IMG/VR virus record: IMGVR_UViG_3300005663_001084
Coordinates: 1-24,928 of that record
Reading direction: 5' to 3' (one strand)
DNA: 24,928 bases
Source: a virus
The position numbers and the translations under genes were made by a program. Under the pieces are notes generated by a model. That model was not told the origin of the DNA. It searched no databases and was given only the letters and a program-made list of their open reading frames with translations. Below, one piece after another: positions 7,442-15,137 of this stretch. The first letter of the stretch is position 1, and each line of letters begins with the position of its first letter.

Positions 7442-7703
7442 TCTCCGCGAAACCATGCGCCGCGTCATGTGCCCGCTCACCGAGCGTATGACACCCACAT
7501 CCGTCGTTGGGCTGGCCCGAGCACACAGGCTGGCCGTCTCGGACGCTGAGGTGGTTGTGGACGAATACGGCAAGGACAAGATCACGCTCTTCCTGACGCA
7601 GCCCACCGAAGACAAGTACATCCGGGCCTTCAAGCGCGACCTGCGTAAACGCGATCCCCAAGCCGGTCAGGTCACCGTCCGAAGCCCAGGCGCAAGAAGG
7701 TAA
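7434..7703 (+). CDS. Hypothetical protein of 89 aa, translationally coupled to the decarboxylase gene.
   Basis: The ATG at 7434 overlaps the upstream TGA as ATGGCTGA. Confidence 0.55.
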   Translation: MADLRETMRRVMCPLTERMTPTSVVGLARAHRLAVSDAEVVVDEYGKDKITLFLTQPTEDKYIRAFKRDLRKRDPQAGQVTVRSPGARR

Positions 7704-7708
7704 CCGCG

Positions 7709-9763
7709 CTACTTCGGTTTTTTGACCCTCGGGATATTCAGGTTCCCCGCGTGGTACTCCTCAGCCGCGATCAACATCGGTGCCCACTGGAGGTAGCCCG
7801 CCCGCGTGCGCGGGTCCTGAAAGAACTGCTTGTAGTCGCCGGGCTTGTACGCATCGACGTTGAACAGCCGGGACTCCGGAACGGTGACCGTGGTCCTGAG
7901 CGGGCTGTCGTCATCCCATCTGTACCGCCGAAACGACCGCCGCTCACGGAACCAGCGAAAGATGGCCTTCTTCGCCCAGGGCTGCCACTTGTCAATCTTG
8001 GCGATGTAGCCGGGACCTGGATTGCCGTACGGCTTGAAACGCTCATGCCGGTAGTCGCTCCGATTCCGCCAGTCACCGTCCAGGCGGTTGTTCTCTTTCT
8101 CCGCCTCCTTTTCCTGCCAGAGGCCGTCCTGGCCGATGACCACGCTGCCCGTCTTCAGCGATTCGTTGCACTTCCGGCGGTACGCCTCGAAGTCCGGACG
8201 CTCGCCCTCGTACAGCGTGTTGGAATCGTCGTAGACAAGTTCGAGGGCCTGCCCGAAACCTTCGGCACTCCAGAGCTTGACCGGAAGGTGCGGATGTAGA
8301 ACATCGGAGCGGTCGAACAGACCTTGGACGATCAGCGCGATCCGGTTGTAGTGCTTGACCCGGTCCTCGACTTCCTTGAGCGCCTCGTCGAAGTACACGG
8401 AGGTGGAGTTGAACGGCTCCCACTCGTTTTCCCTGAAGCTGCTATGGAAATGCGTCTCGAAGTACCCGTCGTACGGAGCCTTGTCGAGAATATCCCTCCG
8501 CTCTCTTATCTGAAATTTGTTGAGATTGTGGGAGCTTTTCCGCAACCGCTTCGGCATGTTCTCTTTGAGCCACTTCTTCCGCCCCACCAGATTCCGTTTA
8601 TGCGCAGCCTCAGCATCTGCGTGTTCCTTGCAGAGCGCCTTGAACTCACGGACCGGGATCATCTCCTCCACCTTGTCGAAGCTCATCTTCGCCATCATCG
8701 GTTCGGTCGGGTCGAAGATCTTCCCACTGGGAAACAGCATCAGCCCGAACTCCAGGTCGCACCCCATCCAGTAGACGCGCTCCCCATTTCGGATGTACAA
8801 GTAGGTTTTCTTGTCGGCGTTTTCCAACCCCATGTGGATAAATATCTTCTTCGGATCGCCGCCCCAGTCGCGCGCTTTCTTCTCCCGCCGAACTTTGAAC
8901 GACACGATGCAGCGAGGGAATGGGAAGACCCGGTTCAAGTTCTCCGGCTCGCACAGCCATTTGTCGAACTTGTCGAGGCTATCAAAATCCATCCCACCAA
9001 GCTGGTAGTTGAGCAAGCACTCCTCGTCCATGTATAGGCGGCGCTGCATCAGATACAGTTTCTCGGAGATGTCAGCAGGCTCGCCCTTCTGGATCTGTTT
9101 CACGTCTTCAGTGAGACCTGCGTAGATGCTGACGTTGAAGATCCGATCCTGAATGTCATCGACGCAGGATTTCATTGCGCCTGCCATGGCCTCAAGCGGA
9201 ACGGCCTCGGCCGACAACCACATCGCTAGGTTTTCATTGGCGCTCCTAATCTCGCTAAACAGTTTCGGAAGGTCCTCATCCTTTGCCTTGACCAGCGCAT
9301 TTTCGTACTTCTTGACGTTGTCGGTCCCGGAGAGCGTAACCAGGGCAGTGCTGGAAGACTCGCTGCGCTCTTCAATACCGATCCGGCTACTCACACCCAG
9401 CCGGGCCGTGAGGGCTTTCACTTCGGCCATCTTCTCTTCGACCAGAGCTTTGTACTTGTGGACATTCCTACCGATTACATCCTTGGGCTTGGGCTCGTGA
9501 CGCAGTTCATCGAAGAAGTCGTCGAAGTGAACCCGGCAGTGGCTCTGACCCTGGTGACCTCTCGGAGAATGAAGCTCGACGTAGTTGGACCCGATCTCTG
9601 TGATGCAACCGAGCCACTCGTACTCGTAATCTTCGTATTTGTCAGTCTCTTCGTTGTACCTACTCTTGGTGTGCTTCACCCAGTACCACTGACCGACCTC
9701 GGCACCACCTTCGGTGTCGAGGCGGTCAGTGACGGGATTGCGCTTGGCGACTTGCTTGGCCAC
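7709..9763 (-). CDS. Large hypothetical protein of 684 aa, Lys/Glu/Tyr/Trp-rich, with lower GC (~55%) than its neighbours.
   Basis: GTG start at 9763 with AAGGAAG 6 nt upstream, 1 nt after the TAG of the upstream gene. It converges on plus gene 7434..7703, with only 5 bp between the stops. Confidence 0.8.
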   Translation of the reverse strand: MAKQVAKRNPVTDRLDTEGGAEVGQWYWVKHTKSRYNEETDKYEDYEYEWLGCITEIGSNYVELHSPRGHQGQSHCRVHFDDFFDELRHEPKPKDVIGRNVHKYKALVEEKMAEVKALTARLGVSSRIGIEERSESSSTALVTLSGTDNVKKYENALVKAKDEDLPKLFSEIRSANENLAMWLSAEAVPLEAMAGAMKSCVDDIQDRIFNVSIYAGLTEDVKQIQKGEPADISEKLYLMQRRLYMDEECLLNYQLGGMDFDSLDKFDKWLCEPENLNRVFPFPRCIVSFKVRREKKARDWGGDPKKIFIHMGLENADKKTYLYIRNGERVYWMGCDLEFGLMLFPSGKIFDPTEPMMAKMSFDKVEEMIPVREFKALCKEHADAEAAHKRNLVGRKKWLKENMPKRLRKSSHNLNKFQIRERRDILDKAPYDGYFETHFHSSFRENEWEPFNSTSVYFDEALKEVEDRVKHYNRIALIVQGLFDRSDVLHPHLPVKLWSAEGFGQALELVYDDSNTLYEGERPDFEAYRRKCNESLKTGSVVIGQDGLWQEKEAEKENNRLDGDWRNRSDYRHERFKPYGNPGPGYIAKIDKWQPWAKKAIFRWFRERRSFRRYRWDDDSPLRTTVTVPESRLFNVDAYKPGDYKQFFQDPRTRAGYLQWAPMLIAAEEYHAGNLNIPRVKKPK

Positions 9764-9764
9764 G

Positions 9765-11234
9765 CTACGCTTCCTTGAACTCGACCGGGAAGATCTCCGG
9801 CCGCTCCAGTGCGATCATCACCAGCTTCGCGCCCAGGCGCGTGCAGGCGTTGTAGTACCCCTCCGACAGGTGGTCGCTCTCGAACTCGTGAGCCAACTCG
9901 TGGATCACCAAGTCGGTCACCTTCTCCAGGTTGTCCGGGAACGCCTGGAACCACGCCCGTCCCAGGCGTCGCAAGTTGAACCGCAGATGCTTGCTGCCGT
10001 AGCACGCACCGTAGTTCTGCGGGTCGCGTACAATGTCGACCTCCGGCTCGAACCCCAGGAGCGCTTCGCCAACACGCTTCGTGTAGGCAATGATGGCCGT
10101 CATCTCGGACGTGAGATTCTTGACCCTGATGTCATCTCCATCAGCAGAGAAGATGGCCTTGCTGGTCGGGAACAAGACCGAGGACGGCTCCATCGTCTCG
10201 AAGCGCTTGGCGTTGCCCCACTCTCCTGAACTGAGCGAGCCGCCCGCCAGGACCGAGAAGCCTTCCGACACGCCACGGCTGTTGGCCTCGGGGTCCTGTA
10301 CAGACCAACTGGCGATGTCGTCCCCGTGCCGCTTGTGGATGACCTTGTCGAACGCCTCGGCCTCGATGTTCTCGTCGGACGTGGCTGCCCGCACCCAGGC
10401 CGCGCCCGCATCGTCGTCTTCCAGTTCCTCGTGGAAGTTATTGACGATCTCGACGCGAAGTGCCTGAAGGTAGGACGGACTCACGCTGTCACGGTCGCGC
10501 GGCAGCGGGACCTTCTGCTGGACATCGACATGCCACTTGTCGTCGGGCAGGTCACAGACGGGGATGCCCAGTTCGTACAGACGCGGCGTGTCGCCCTCTT
10601 CAACCTCGTAGAGGACCACGCGCGTCTTGCGCCGGGTGCGACGCATATTGCCTTCATCGTCAGCAAGCTCCGTGGGGAGCGTGGCCGAGAACTCGCCCAC
10701 CCTCTCAAGTATGGAGAGAGTCTCGCCGTTGATGATCGTGTGTACGCCTTCCGGCTGGATCACCGTGAACAAGACTTCCAGGGCTTCGGCGACCTCGTCC
10801 TTGTTCATGTAAACGTCGCCCTGGAAGATCGTGCCTCGCTCCAGACCCACGGTGCGCTTAACGCGACGCTGGCCGTCGGCCTTGAATGAAACGGTGCCCG
10901 TCACGGTCTCGATGACGGCACTCTTACAAAGCGAAAGGACTTCCTTTTCGCCGATGCAGAACCGCCCGCGCTTGCGCGGATCGCCGCGCCTTGATGTCCT
11001 CCCGTACAGAGTGTAAGAAGCACTCAAGTCCTCAAACCCGCGCGGGTCGTTGTCCGTGACCCGAATGTGCGCGAGGCCACGAGACACGTGCTCGAACTCG
11101 ACAAGTACATCGGTCGCGTCCGTGTCCCACGCATTGCCCAAGAGTTCCAGCGGTAAGAACGCTGACCCCCTTCGCCGGGCAACCTGGGCCAGCCCGGCCT
11201 TGTCCACCTCAAACCACTCGTTCTTCTTCGCCAT
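9765..11234 (-). CDS. GHKL-type ATPase (HATPase_c_3 / Hsp90-MORC-like Bergerat fold) with a C-terminal HExxH zincin-like motif, 489 aa.
   Basis: N-box PLELLGNAWDTDA (ExxxNAxD), G1 box VTDNDPRGF and G2 box GRFCIGEKE are all present. HELAHEF lies near the C-terminus. ATG at 11234 is preceded by GGAGAG 6 nt upstream. Confidence 0.8.
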   Translation of the reverse strand: MAKKNEWFEVDKAGLAQVARRRGSAFLPLELLGNAWDTDATDVLVEFEHVSRGLAHIRVTDNDPRGFEDLSASYTLYGRTSRRGDPRKRGRFCIGEKEVLSLCKSAVIETVTGTVSFKADGQRRVKRTVGLERGTIFQGDVYMNKDEVAEALEVLFTVIQPEGVHTIINGETLSILERVGEFSATLPTELADDEGNMRRTRRKTRVVLYEVEEGDTPRLYELGIPVCDLPDDKWHVDVQQKVPLPRDRDSVSPSYLQALRVEIVNNFHEELEDDDAGAAWVRAATSDENIEAEAFDKVIHKRHGDDIASWSVQDPEANSRGVSEGFSVLAGGSLSSGEWGNAKRFETMEPSSVLFPTSKAIFSADGDDIRVKNLTSEMTAIIAYTKRVGEALLGFEPEVDIVRDPQNYGACYGSKHLRFNLRRLGRAWFQAFPDNLEKVTDLVIHELAHEFESDHLSEGYYNACTRLGAKLVMIALERPEIFPVEFKEA

Positions 11235-11317
11235 GCGCTTCTCTCCTGCAAGAAGACCATGATGAATCTTGGGAGGCAGGGTTCCCCGTCGGTTCCCTTC
11301 TCAACCTGTCCGAAAGT

Positions 11318-11346
11318 AGAGTACCACAGTTCTACAGATTTGTCAA
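11318..11346 (-). promoter_or_regulatory. Sigma70-like promoter TTGACA-N17-TACTCT upstream of the GHKL ATPase gene.
   Basis: Minus-strand reading is TTGACAaatctgtagaactgtggTACTCT. Confidence 0.45.
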
Positions 11347-11414
11347 TGATTTTCCATAACTTTTTATATGAGTCTCCACGGGGCGCACTACGCCACCCAC
11401 ATGGCTCTACCATG

Positions 11415-11444
11415 TATATCGGATTGGACCGGCTATTTCGCCAA
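11415..11444 (-). promoter_or_regulatory. Repeat-family promoter, copy 2 (TTGGCG-N18-GATATACATGG).
   Basis: Minus-strand reading is TTGGCGAAATAGCCGGTCCAATCCGATATACATGG. Confidence 0.55.
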
Positions 11445-11445
11445 G

Positions 11446-12135
11446 TTATTCGCCAGGGTTTTCCGGAGCGACCACAGGGGGTTTCTCAGGCGGAGCTTCC
11501 TTGGGATCTCCCGGGCTGGTCGCGGCCCGGTACGCAAGGTAGACGCCCAGGATCGCAGCCCCGATCCCACCAAGCCAGATCGGGTTGAGGAACCATGGCA
11601 CACCCAGCTTGCTGTACTTGTCGTCAGCCTTGGGATCGCCACCGTCGCCGGTTCCCTGGGACGGGATGCCCTGGCTCTGGTGGACCGGGTCCATCGACGG
11701 ACGCCAGCCTCTCATCATCTCCTGGTTGATCGTCTCCAGGCCCTTCAGCTTCACGTGGATACGCTCGTTGCCAACGTGAAGCTGAAGGTCTTTCTCAAAC
11801 TGCTTGATCTCACCTCGGATCTCGACGAAGACCTTCTCGTGCTCCGAGTCACTCATCCGTGATCCATTTTCGATCTCGCGGTCACGCTTCTCCAGCTTTT
11901 CTTCAAGGCGGTCCATCAGATCCTGGAGACGCTGGGCGACTCCGGAGATCTTCTTATCCAGGTCCTTACTCTCACTTTCGATGCGTGCGTAGAGCTTGCC
12001 AACTTCTTCGGTTATCTTCTTGCGGACATCGCGGTCCTCTTCCTCGCGCTCTCGACGTTCCTTGTCGATAGCCTCGCGAAGAGCCCGCTCCTTCCGCTCG
12101 ATCTCGTCTCGGCGTTCTCGTTCTTGTCCGTCCAT
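11446..12135 (-). CDS. Coiled-coil protein with a C-terminal transmembrane helix, 229 aa.
   Basis: ATG at 12135 (MDGQERERRDEIERKERALRE...). The sequence is charged and heptad-like for ~170 aa, then PWFLNPIWLGGIGAAILGVYLAY. The N-terminal R-rich extension of the track ORF is rejected. It has its own consensus promoter. Confidence 0.7.
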   Translation of the reverse strand: MDGQERERRDEIERKERALREAIDKERREREEEDRDVRKKITEEVGKLYARIESESKDLDKKISGVAQRLQDLMDRLEEKLEKRDREIENGSRMSDSEHEKVFVEIRGEIKQFEKDLQLHVGNERIHVKLKGLETINQEMMRGWRPSMDPVHQSQGIPSQGTGDGGDPKADDKYSKLGVPWFLNPIWLGGIGAAILGVYLAYRAATSPGDPKEAPPEKPPVVAPENPGE

Positions 12136-12176
12136 GGTTAGTCTCGCAGGACACAGTCGTCCCCGCCTCGGATTCG

Positions 12177-12205
12177 ATTGTAAACGAGATGGAGCCGCAC
12201 GCCAA
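12177..12205 (-). promoter_or_regulatory. Sigma70-like promoter TTGGCG-N17-TACAAT for gene 11446..12135.
   Basis: Minus-strand reading is TTGGCGtgcggctccatctcgttTACAAT. Confidence 0.55.
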
Positions 12206-12214
12206 CCGAAGAGA

Positions 12215-12415
12215 TTATGTTGCGTAAGTAAGACCTTGCTTTTTACGGTCGGCGTTGATCTTGGAAATCTCTTTGTGGCGCTGCCGACCCTCGGGAGTTT
12301 CCTTCCAGGGCGTGCATCCGCCAACGCACCAGTCCGTGTCGACCGCCAGCTTGAGGCTGGCTTTGGCAAGAGCCGCACGGGCCTCGTACCCTCCGAAGAG
12401 GGTGGAGTTGAGCAT
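12215..12415 (-). CDS. Small hypothetical protein of 66 aa.
   Basis: It is the only protein-like ORF in a 280-nt gap and has GC3-rich codons. There is no clear SD. Confidence 0.4.
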   Translation of the reverse strand: MLNSTLFGGYEARAALAKASLKLAVDTDWCVGGCTPWKETPEGRQRHKEISKINADRKKQGLTYAT

Positions 12416-12487
12416 TCACGTAGGCCGCAGACACCGTAGACAGCGAAGAAAATCTTCCCACGGTAGTCTGGCGGCCTGCGAGAGCAT

Positions 12488-12712
12488 TCAGTGATCGCCG
12501 TTCGCCGAGATAGCGCCGATCTGGCTCAAGACCGTCTCGACGGTATCGGCAACGATCCGGCGGACCGCCCGAGCCTGCTTGCGCGTCAAGTCGGGCTTGC
12601 CTTTGCTCGTGGTCTCACGACGCACGGTCGCAAGCGAAATCTTCTCGATCCTGCTCTGCTGGGCATCGTCGAAGACCGGTTTCCGTCCACGCCGCTTCTT
12701 CTTTTTCCGGGC
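12488..12712 (-). CDS. Small highly basic protein of 74 aa (MARKKKKRRGRKPVFDD...), probably nucleic-acid binding.
   Basis: ATG at 12712 is preceded by GGGGGGAAAG. An alternative start exists at 12748. Confidence 0.6.
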   Translation of the reverse strand, partial: ARKKKKRRGRKPVFDDAQQSRIEKISLATVRRETTSKGKPDLTRKQARAVRRIVADTVETVLSQIGAISANGDH

Positions 12713-12728
12713 CATAGCTTTCCCCCCT

Positions 12729-12765
12729 ACAGGTTTGTGCACATCCATGTGCAGGACATACCTGT
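12729..12765. promoter_or_regulatory. Nested palindrome in the leader of the basic-protein gene. It contains a perfect 16-bp TGCACATCCATGTGCA inside ACAGGT...ACCTGT.
   Basis: Read directly. It lies between the -10 box of repeat promoter copy 3 and the SD. Confidence 0.45.
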
Positions 12766-12795
12766 ATTATCGGATTGCGGGAGCAATTCCTTTAA
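12766..12795 (-). promoter_or_regulatory. Repeat-family promoter, copy 3 (TTAAAG-N18-GATAATACAGG).
   Basis: Minus-strand reading is GGAATTGCTCCCGCAATCCGATAATACAGG. Confidence 0.5.
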
Positions 12796-12824
12796 GGAAA
12801 AATGGTGTAAAAATCCTTTTCTTG

Positions 12825-13040
12825 CTACTTTCCGCCGCAGGCCCGGGCTGCGTTGGCCACCGTGACCACCTCACGGACCTTGCGAATCGCCACGGTCTGG
12901 TCGGCGCTCTCCGGCGTGTGGTCCCGGATAATCGTGGCGAACGTCTTCCCCGCGTCCCGGATCAACTTGTAGGCGACGATGTCTTCGTCGTCCGGCGGGT
13001 GGTGGGTGAACCAGTTGTCCAGCATCTCGTCAGTGATCAC
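12825..13040 (-). CDS. Small hypothetical protein of 71 aa (…DNWFTHHPPDDEDIVAYKLIRDAGK...).
   Basis: GTG start at 13040 with GGAGGAG 7 nt upstream. It overlaps the stop of the upstream gene as GTGA. Confidence 0.6.
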   Translation of the reverse strand: MITDEMLDNWFTHHPPDDEDIVAYKLIRDAGKTFATIIRDHTPESADQTVAIRKVREVVTVANAARACGGK

Positions 13041-13663
13041 TTGATTACTCCTCCTAAAGTTTCCCAGTAGGCTCCGGGGATTCCATCCTCCGGATCGGGC
13101 CACTCCCAGTAGGCCCAAATCTTCCGCCAGTCCGGATGCGTCTGATCCATCCGCCGCTCGGCCATCTCTTTGGCCACCTCCGGACTGGTTAGGTGCACGG
13201 CGGTGCTCGACCAGACCGACTTCCCGTTCTGGTTGTCCGTGATGTCCAGGTACTCGCTGCCGTCGGGACGCTGCTTACAGTCGACCGTGTAGCGCGTCGT
13301 CAGCCGAATGGCCCAGTTCGTCGTGCCCGTCTCTTCCGGGTAGAGGACGTGACCGCGCTGCGCGCCCCGGTGGCCGAGCAAGATGCGCGCCTCGTCCTGC
13401 TTGGCTATGAACCACCAACCGAGCGGCAGTCCGATAACGTACAGTCCGCCAAACTGAGAGGGGATGCGCAGGAAACCGCACTCATCGAACGCGTCCGTAT
13501 CGTTGGTCCGATCCGTGTGCAGTTCCACCAACGGTGCGCATGTGTCGAAAGCGGCCACCCCGTCGTGTGCCTGGAACGCATAGTTAATCGCTCCCGGCGG
13601 AACGCCTGTGAACAGGGCGATCTTGGTAAGACGATCTGGCGGATTGGCCACGGCAACACTCAT
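13037..13663 (-). CDS. Hypothetical protein of 208 aa with a Trp-rich C-terminus.
   Basis: ATG at 13663 follows the upstream TGA directly as TGAATG. Composition is normal. Confidence 0.75.
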   Translation of the reverse strand: MSVAVANPPDRLTKIALFTGVPPGAINYAFQAHDGVAAFDTCAPLVELHTDRTNDTDAFDECGFLRIPSQFGGLYVIGLPLGWWFIAKQDEARILLGHRGAQRGHVLYPEETGTTNWAIRLTTRYTVDCKQRPDGSEYLDITDNQNGKSVWSSTAVHLTSPEVAKEMAERRMDQTHPDWRKIWAYWEWPDPEDGIPGAYWETLGGVIK

Positions 13664-14395
13664 TCAGTCGGCGACCCAGGGCTTCGTCGCCTTCAGGAAC
13701 GCCTCGACTTTTCCCAGGTCAAACCGGCGGTCATCATCGGACCGCACATGGGTCTCGACGTCAATCCAGATCGGACCGTCCTGGCACACGAAGGCGATCT
13801 TCTTCAGTTCTTCCTCGATGTTGTCCGGAGACAGGCCGCCTGCATAGCCACAGTAGACGCGGTTGCGCTCGACTTTGGGCCACTGGCCTGGAAGCACACC
13901 TGCGCCTCCGGACTTATCGAACAGTGGGGCCGCGTCGACGCCGTTACGCTGGGCAATGTCGAGCAAGTGGTTGTTCAGGTTGCCAAGCTGGAAGATCATC
14001 TGCGTCACGTTGACCGGGCGCAGGCGGCGCATGGACTCCATGAAGGTCGACGTGTCGATCTTCTTGATGTACGGCGAGAAGTTCAACTGGATGCGTCTGA
14101 ACACCGGCCACACGTCGACCAGCCTGGGGTCCTTGATCATCGACCAATCACCCGCGCAGATGCCCCGTACCCACTTCCCGCAAACATGGGAAGACAGGTT
14201 CAGCTTCTCCTGCTTGCCGACCAGCCCCATGAGCCACTCGGCACTGGGAAAGCGGGGCTTGCTGCCCATGCCGCTGTCCGACATCAGAATGCCCCACTCG
14301 ACGAACGGGTAGGCTTCCGAGAGTTCGATGAGGCACTTGACCTCCGTGCTGTCGTCGGCTCCCGTGATTGTGACCCGGTTCAGGATCTTCTTCAT
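13664..14395 (-). CDS. Phosphoribosylanthranilate isomerase (TrpF/PRAI)-like TIM-barrel protein, 243 aa.
   Basis: The N-terminal RVTITGADDSTEV resembles KICGIT of TrpF. The C-terminal LFDKSGGAGV...VYCGYAGGLSPDNIEEEL matches the TrpF phosphate-binding pattern (LD..GGTG...LAGGL.PENV). SD AAGGA is present, 2 nt after the Nudix stop. Confidence 0.7.
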   Translation of the reverse strand: MKKILNRVTITGADDSTEVKCLIELSEAYPFVEWGILMSDSGMGSKPRFPSAEWLMGLVGKQEKLNLSSHVCGKWVRGICAGDWSMIKDPRLVDVWPVFRRIQLNFSPYIKKIDTSTFMESMRRLRPVNVTQMIFQLGNLNNHLLDIAQRNGVDAAPLFDKSGGAGVLPGQWPKVERNRVYCGYAGGLSPDNIEEELKKIAFVCQDGPIWIDVETHVRSDDDRRFDLGKVEAFLKATKPWVAD

Positions 14396-14397
14396 GG

Positions 14398-14808
14398 TTA
14401 TCCTTTCAGAATGCCTCGATCCACCAGTTGCTGTAGGCCGTTGAAGCGCGGCGCAGGAACATCATCTCTCCAGATCCACTGCGTATGCTTCGTGGACTCC
14501 GGATTCTGCGGCAAAATCCCCAAGTACGGCTTCGACTGGAGGATCGCGCACACGAAATCGTTCTCGTAGTCGACGTAGGTCATCAACGGCCGGTCGATTT
14601 CGACCATGATACCTACCTCTTCCAGGACCTCGCGGATGCCGGTCTGCTCGATAGTCTCGGTTCCCTCGACATGACCACCGGGAAACTGCCACAAACCGTT
14701 GTACGGCTCGGCAATCCGCCTCGAAAGCAGGTGCTTCTCGGCCCTGAAGTCAACGATGCGTACCGCGACACTGACCGTTTTGCGTACGGGCGGAGGTTTC
14801 ATACTCAT
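14398..14808 (-). CDS. Nudix hydrolase, 136 aa.
   Basis: It contains a canonical Nudix box GHVEGTETIEQTGIREVLEEVGI (Gx5Ex7REUxEExGU). ATG at 14808 lies immediately after the -10 box of repeat promoter copy 4, so the mRNA is leaderless. Confidence 0.85.
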   Translation of the reverse strand: MSMKPPPVRKTVSVAVRIVDFRAEKHLLSRRIAEPYNGLWQFPGGHVEGTETIEQTGIREVLEEVGIMVEIDRPLMTYVDYENDFVCAILQSKPYLGILPQNPESTKHTQWIWRDDVPAPRFNGLQQLVDRGILKG

Positions 14809-14838
14809 TACATCGGATTGGGACGCCTAAATCGGCAG
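14809..14838 (-). promoter_or_regulatory. Repeat-family promoter, copy 4 (CTGCCG-N18-GATGTAATG).
   Basis: Minus-strand reading is CTGCCGATTTAGGCGTCCCAATCCGATGTAATGAGTATG. A second TGCCGAAAATAGCC half-copy lies about 20 nt further upstream. Confidence 0.5.
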
Positions 14839-14855
14839 GTTTTCTATGACCTGGG

Positions 14856-15134
14856 CTATTTTCGGCAGGTGCCGTCGGCCTTACGACCGTGTTTGCAACG
14901 CTTCCGGTCCTTGAACCAGCGCGGATCTGTACCGAAACCCAGTGAAAGTGACGGTGCGGAGATGGCCTTCCCGGAAGTGCCGCCGGAAGACATGCCGCCG
15001 CCGTTCCCCATGCCCCCTCCGCCGCCCATAGACCCACCAGAAGAGGCCCCGGCACCACCACCGGTACCTCCGGTACCCCCACCTGCGGCCTGTTCTCTGA
15101 GCGCCTTGTAGAGCTTTCCACGTGTAATTCGCAT
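14856..15134 (-). CDS. Small Gly-rich protein of 92 aa. A ~40-residue G/S/T/M tract is followed by a basic two-Cys tail.
   Basis: ATG at 15134 lies 6 nt after an extended -10 box (TGTTATACT), so the mRNA is leaderless. The opposite-strand Pro-rich ORF is the antisense artefact. Confidence 0.5.
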   Translation of the reverse strand: MRITRGKLYKALREQAAGGGTGGTGGGAGASSGGSMGGGGGMGNGGGMSSGGTSGKAISAPSLSLGFGTDPRWFKDRKRCKHGRKADGTCRK

Positions 15135-15137
15135 GGC

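Noticed and set aside
11024-11413. The 129-aa ORF that starts at the ATG directly after promoter copy 2 (MVEPCGW...).
   Set aside because: It overlaps the SD-initiated GHKL ATPase gene by ~210 nt in another frame. It also spans a second TTGACA promoter. At most a short leaderless peptide could be real, and there is no evidence for one.
14485-15111. The plus-strand Pro-rich ORF (…PPPFPMPPPPPIDPPEEAPAPPPVPPVPPP).
   Set aside because: It is the antisense of the Gly-codon tract of the minus-strand Gly-rich gene and of the Nudix gene. Every other gene here is minus-strand, and promoter-positioned ATGs support the minus reading.
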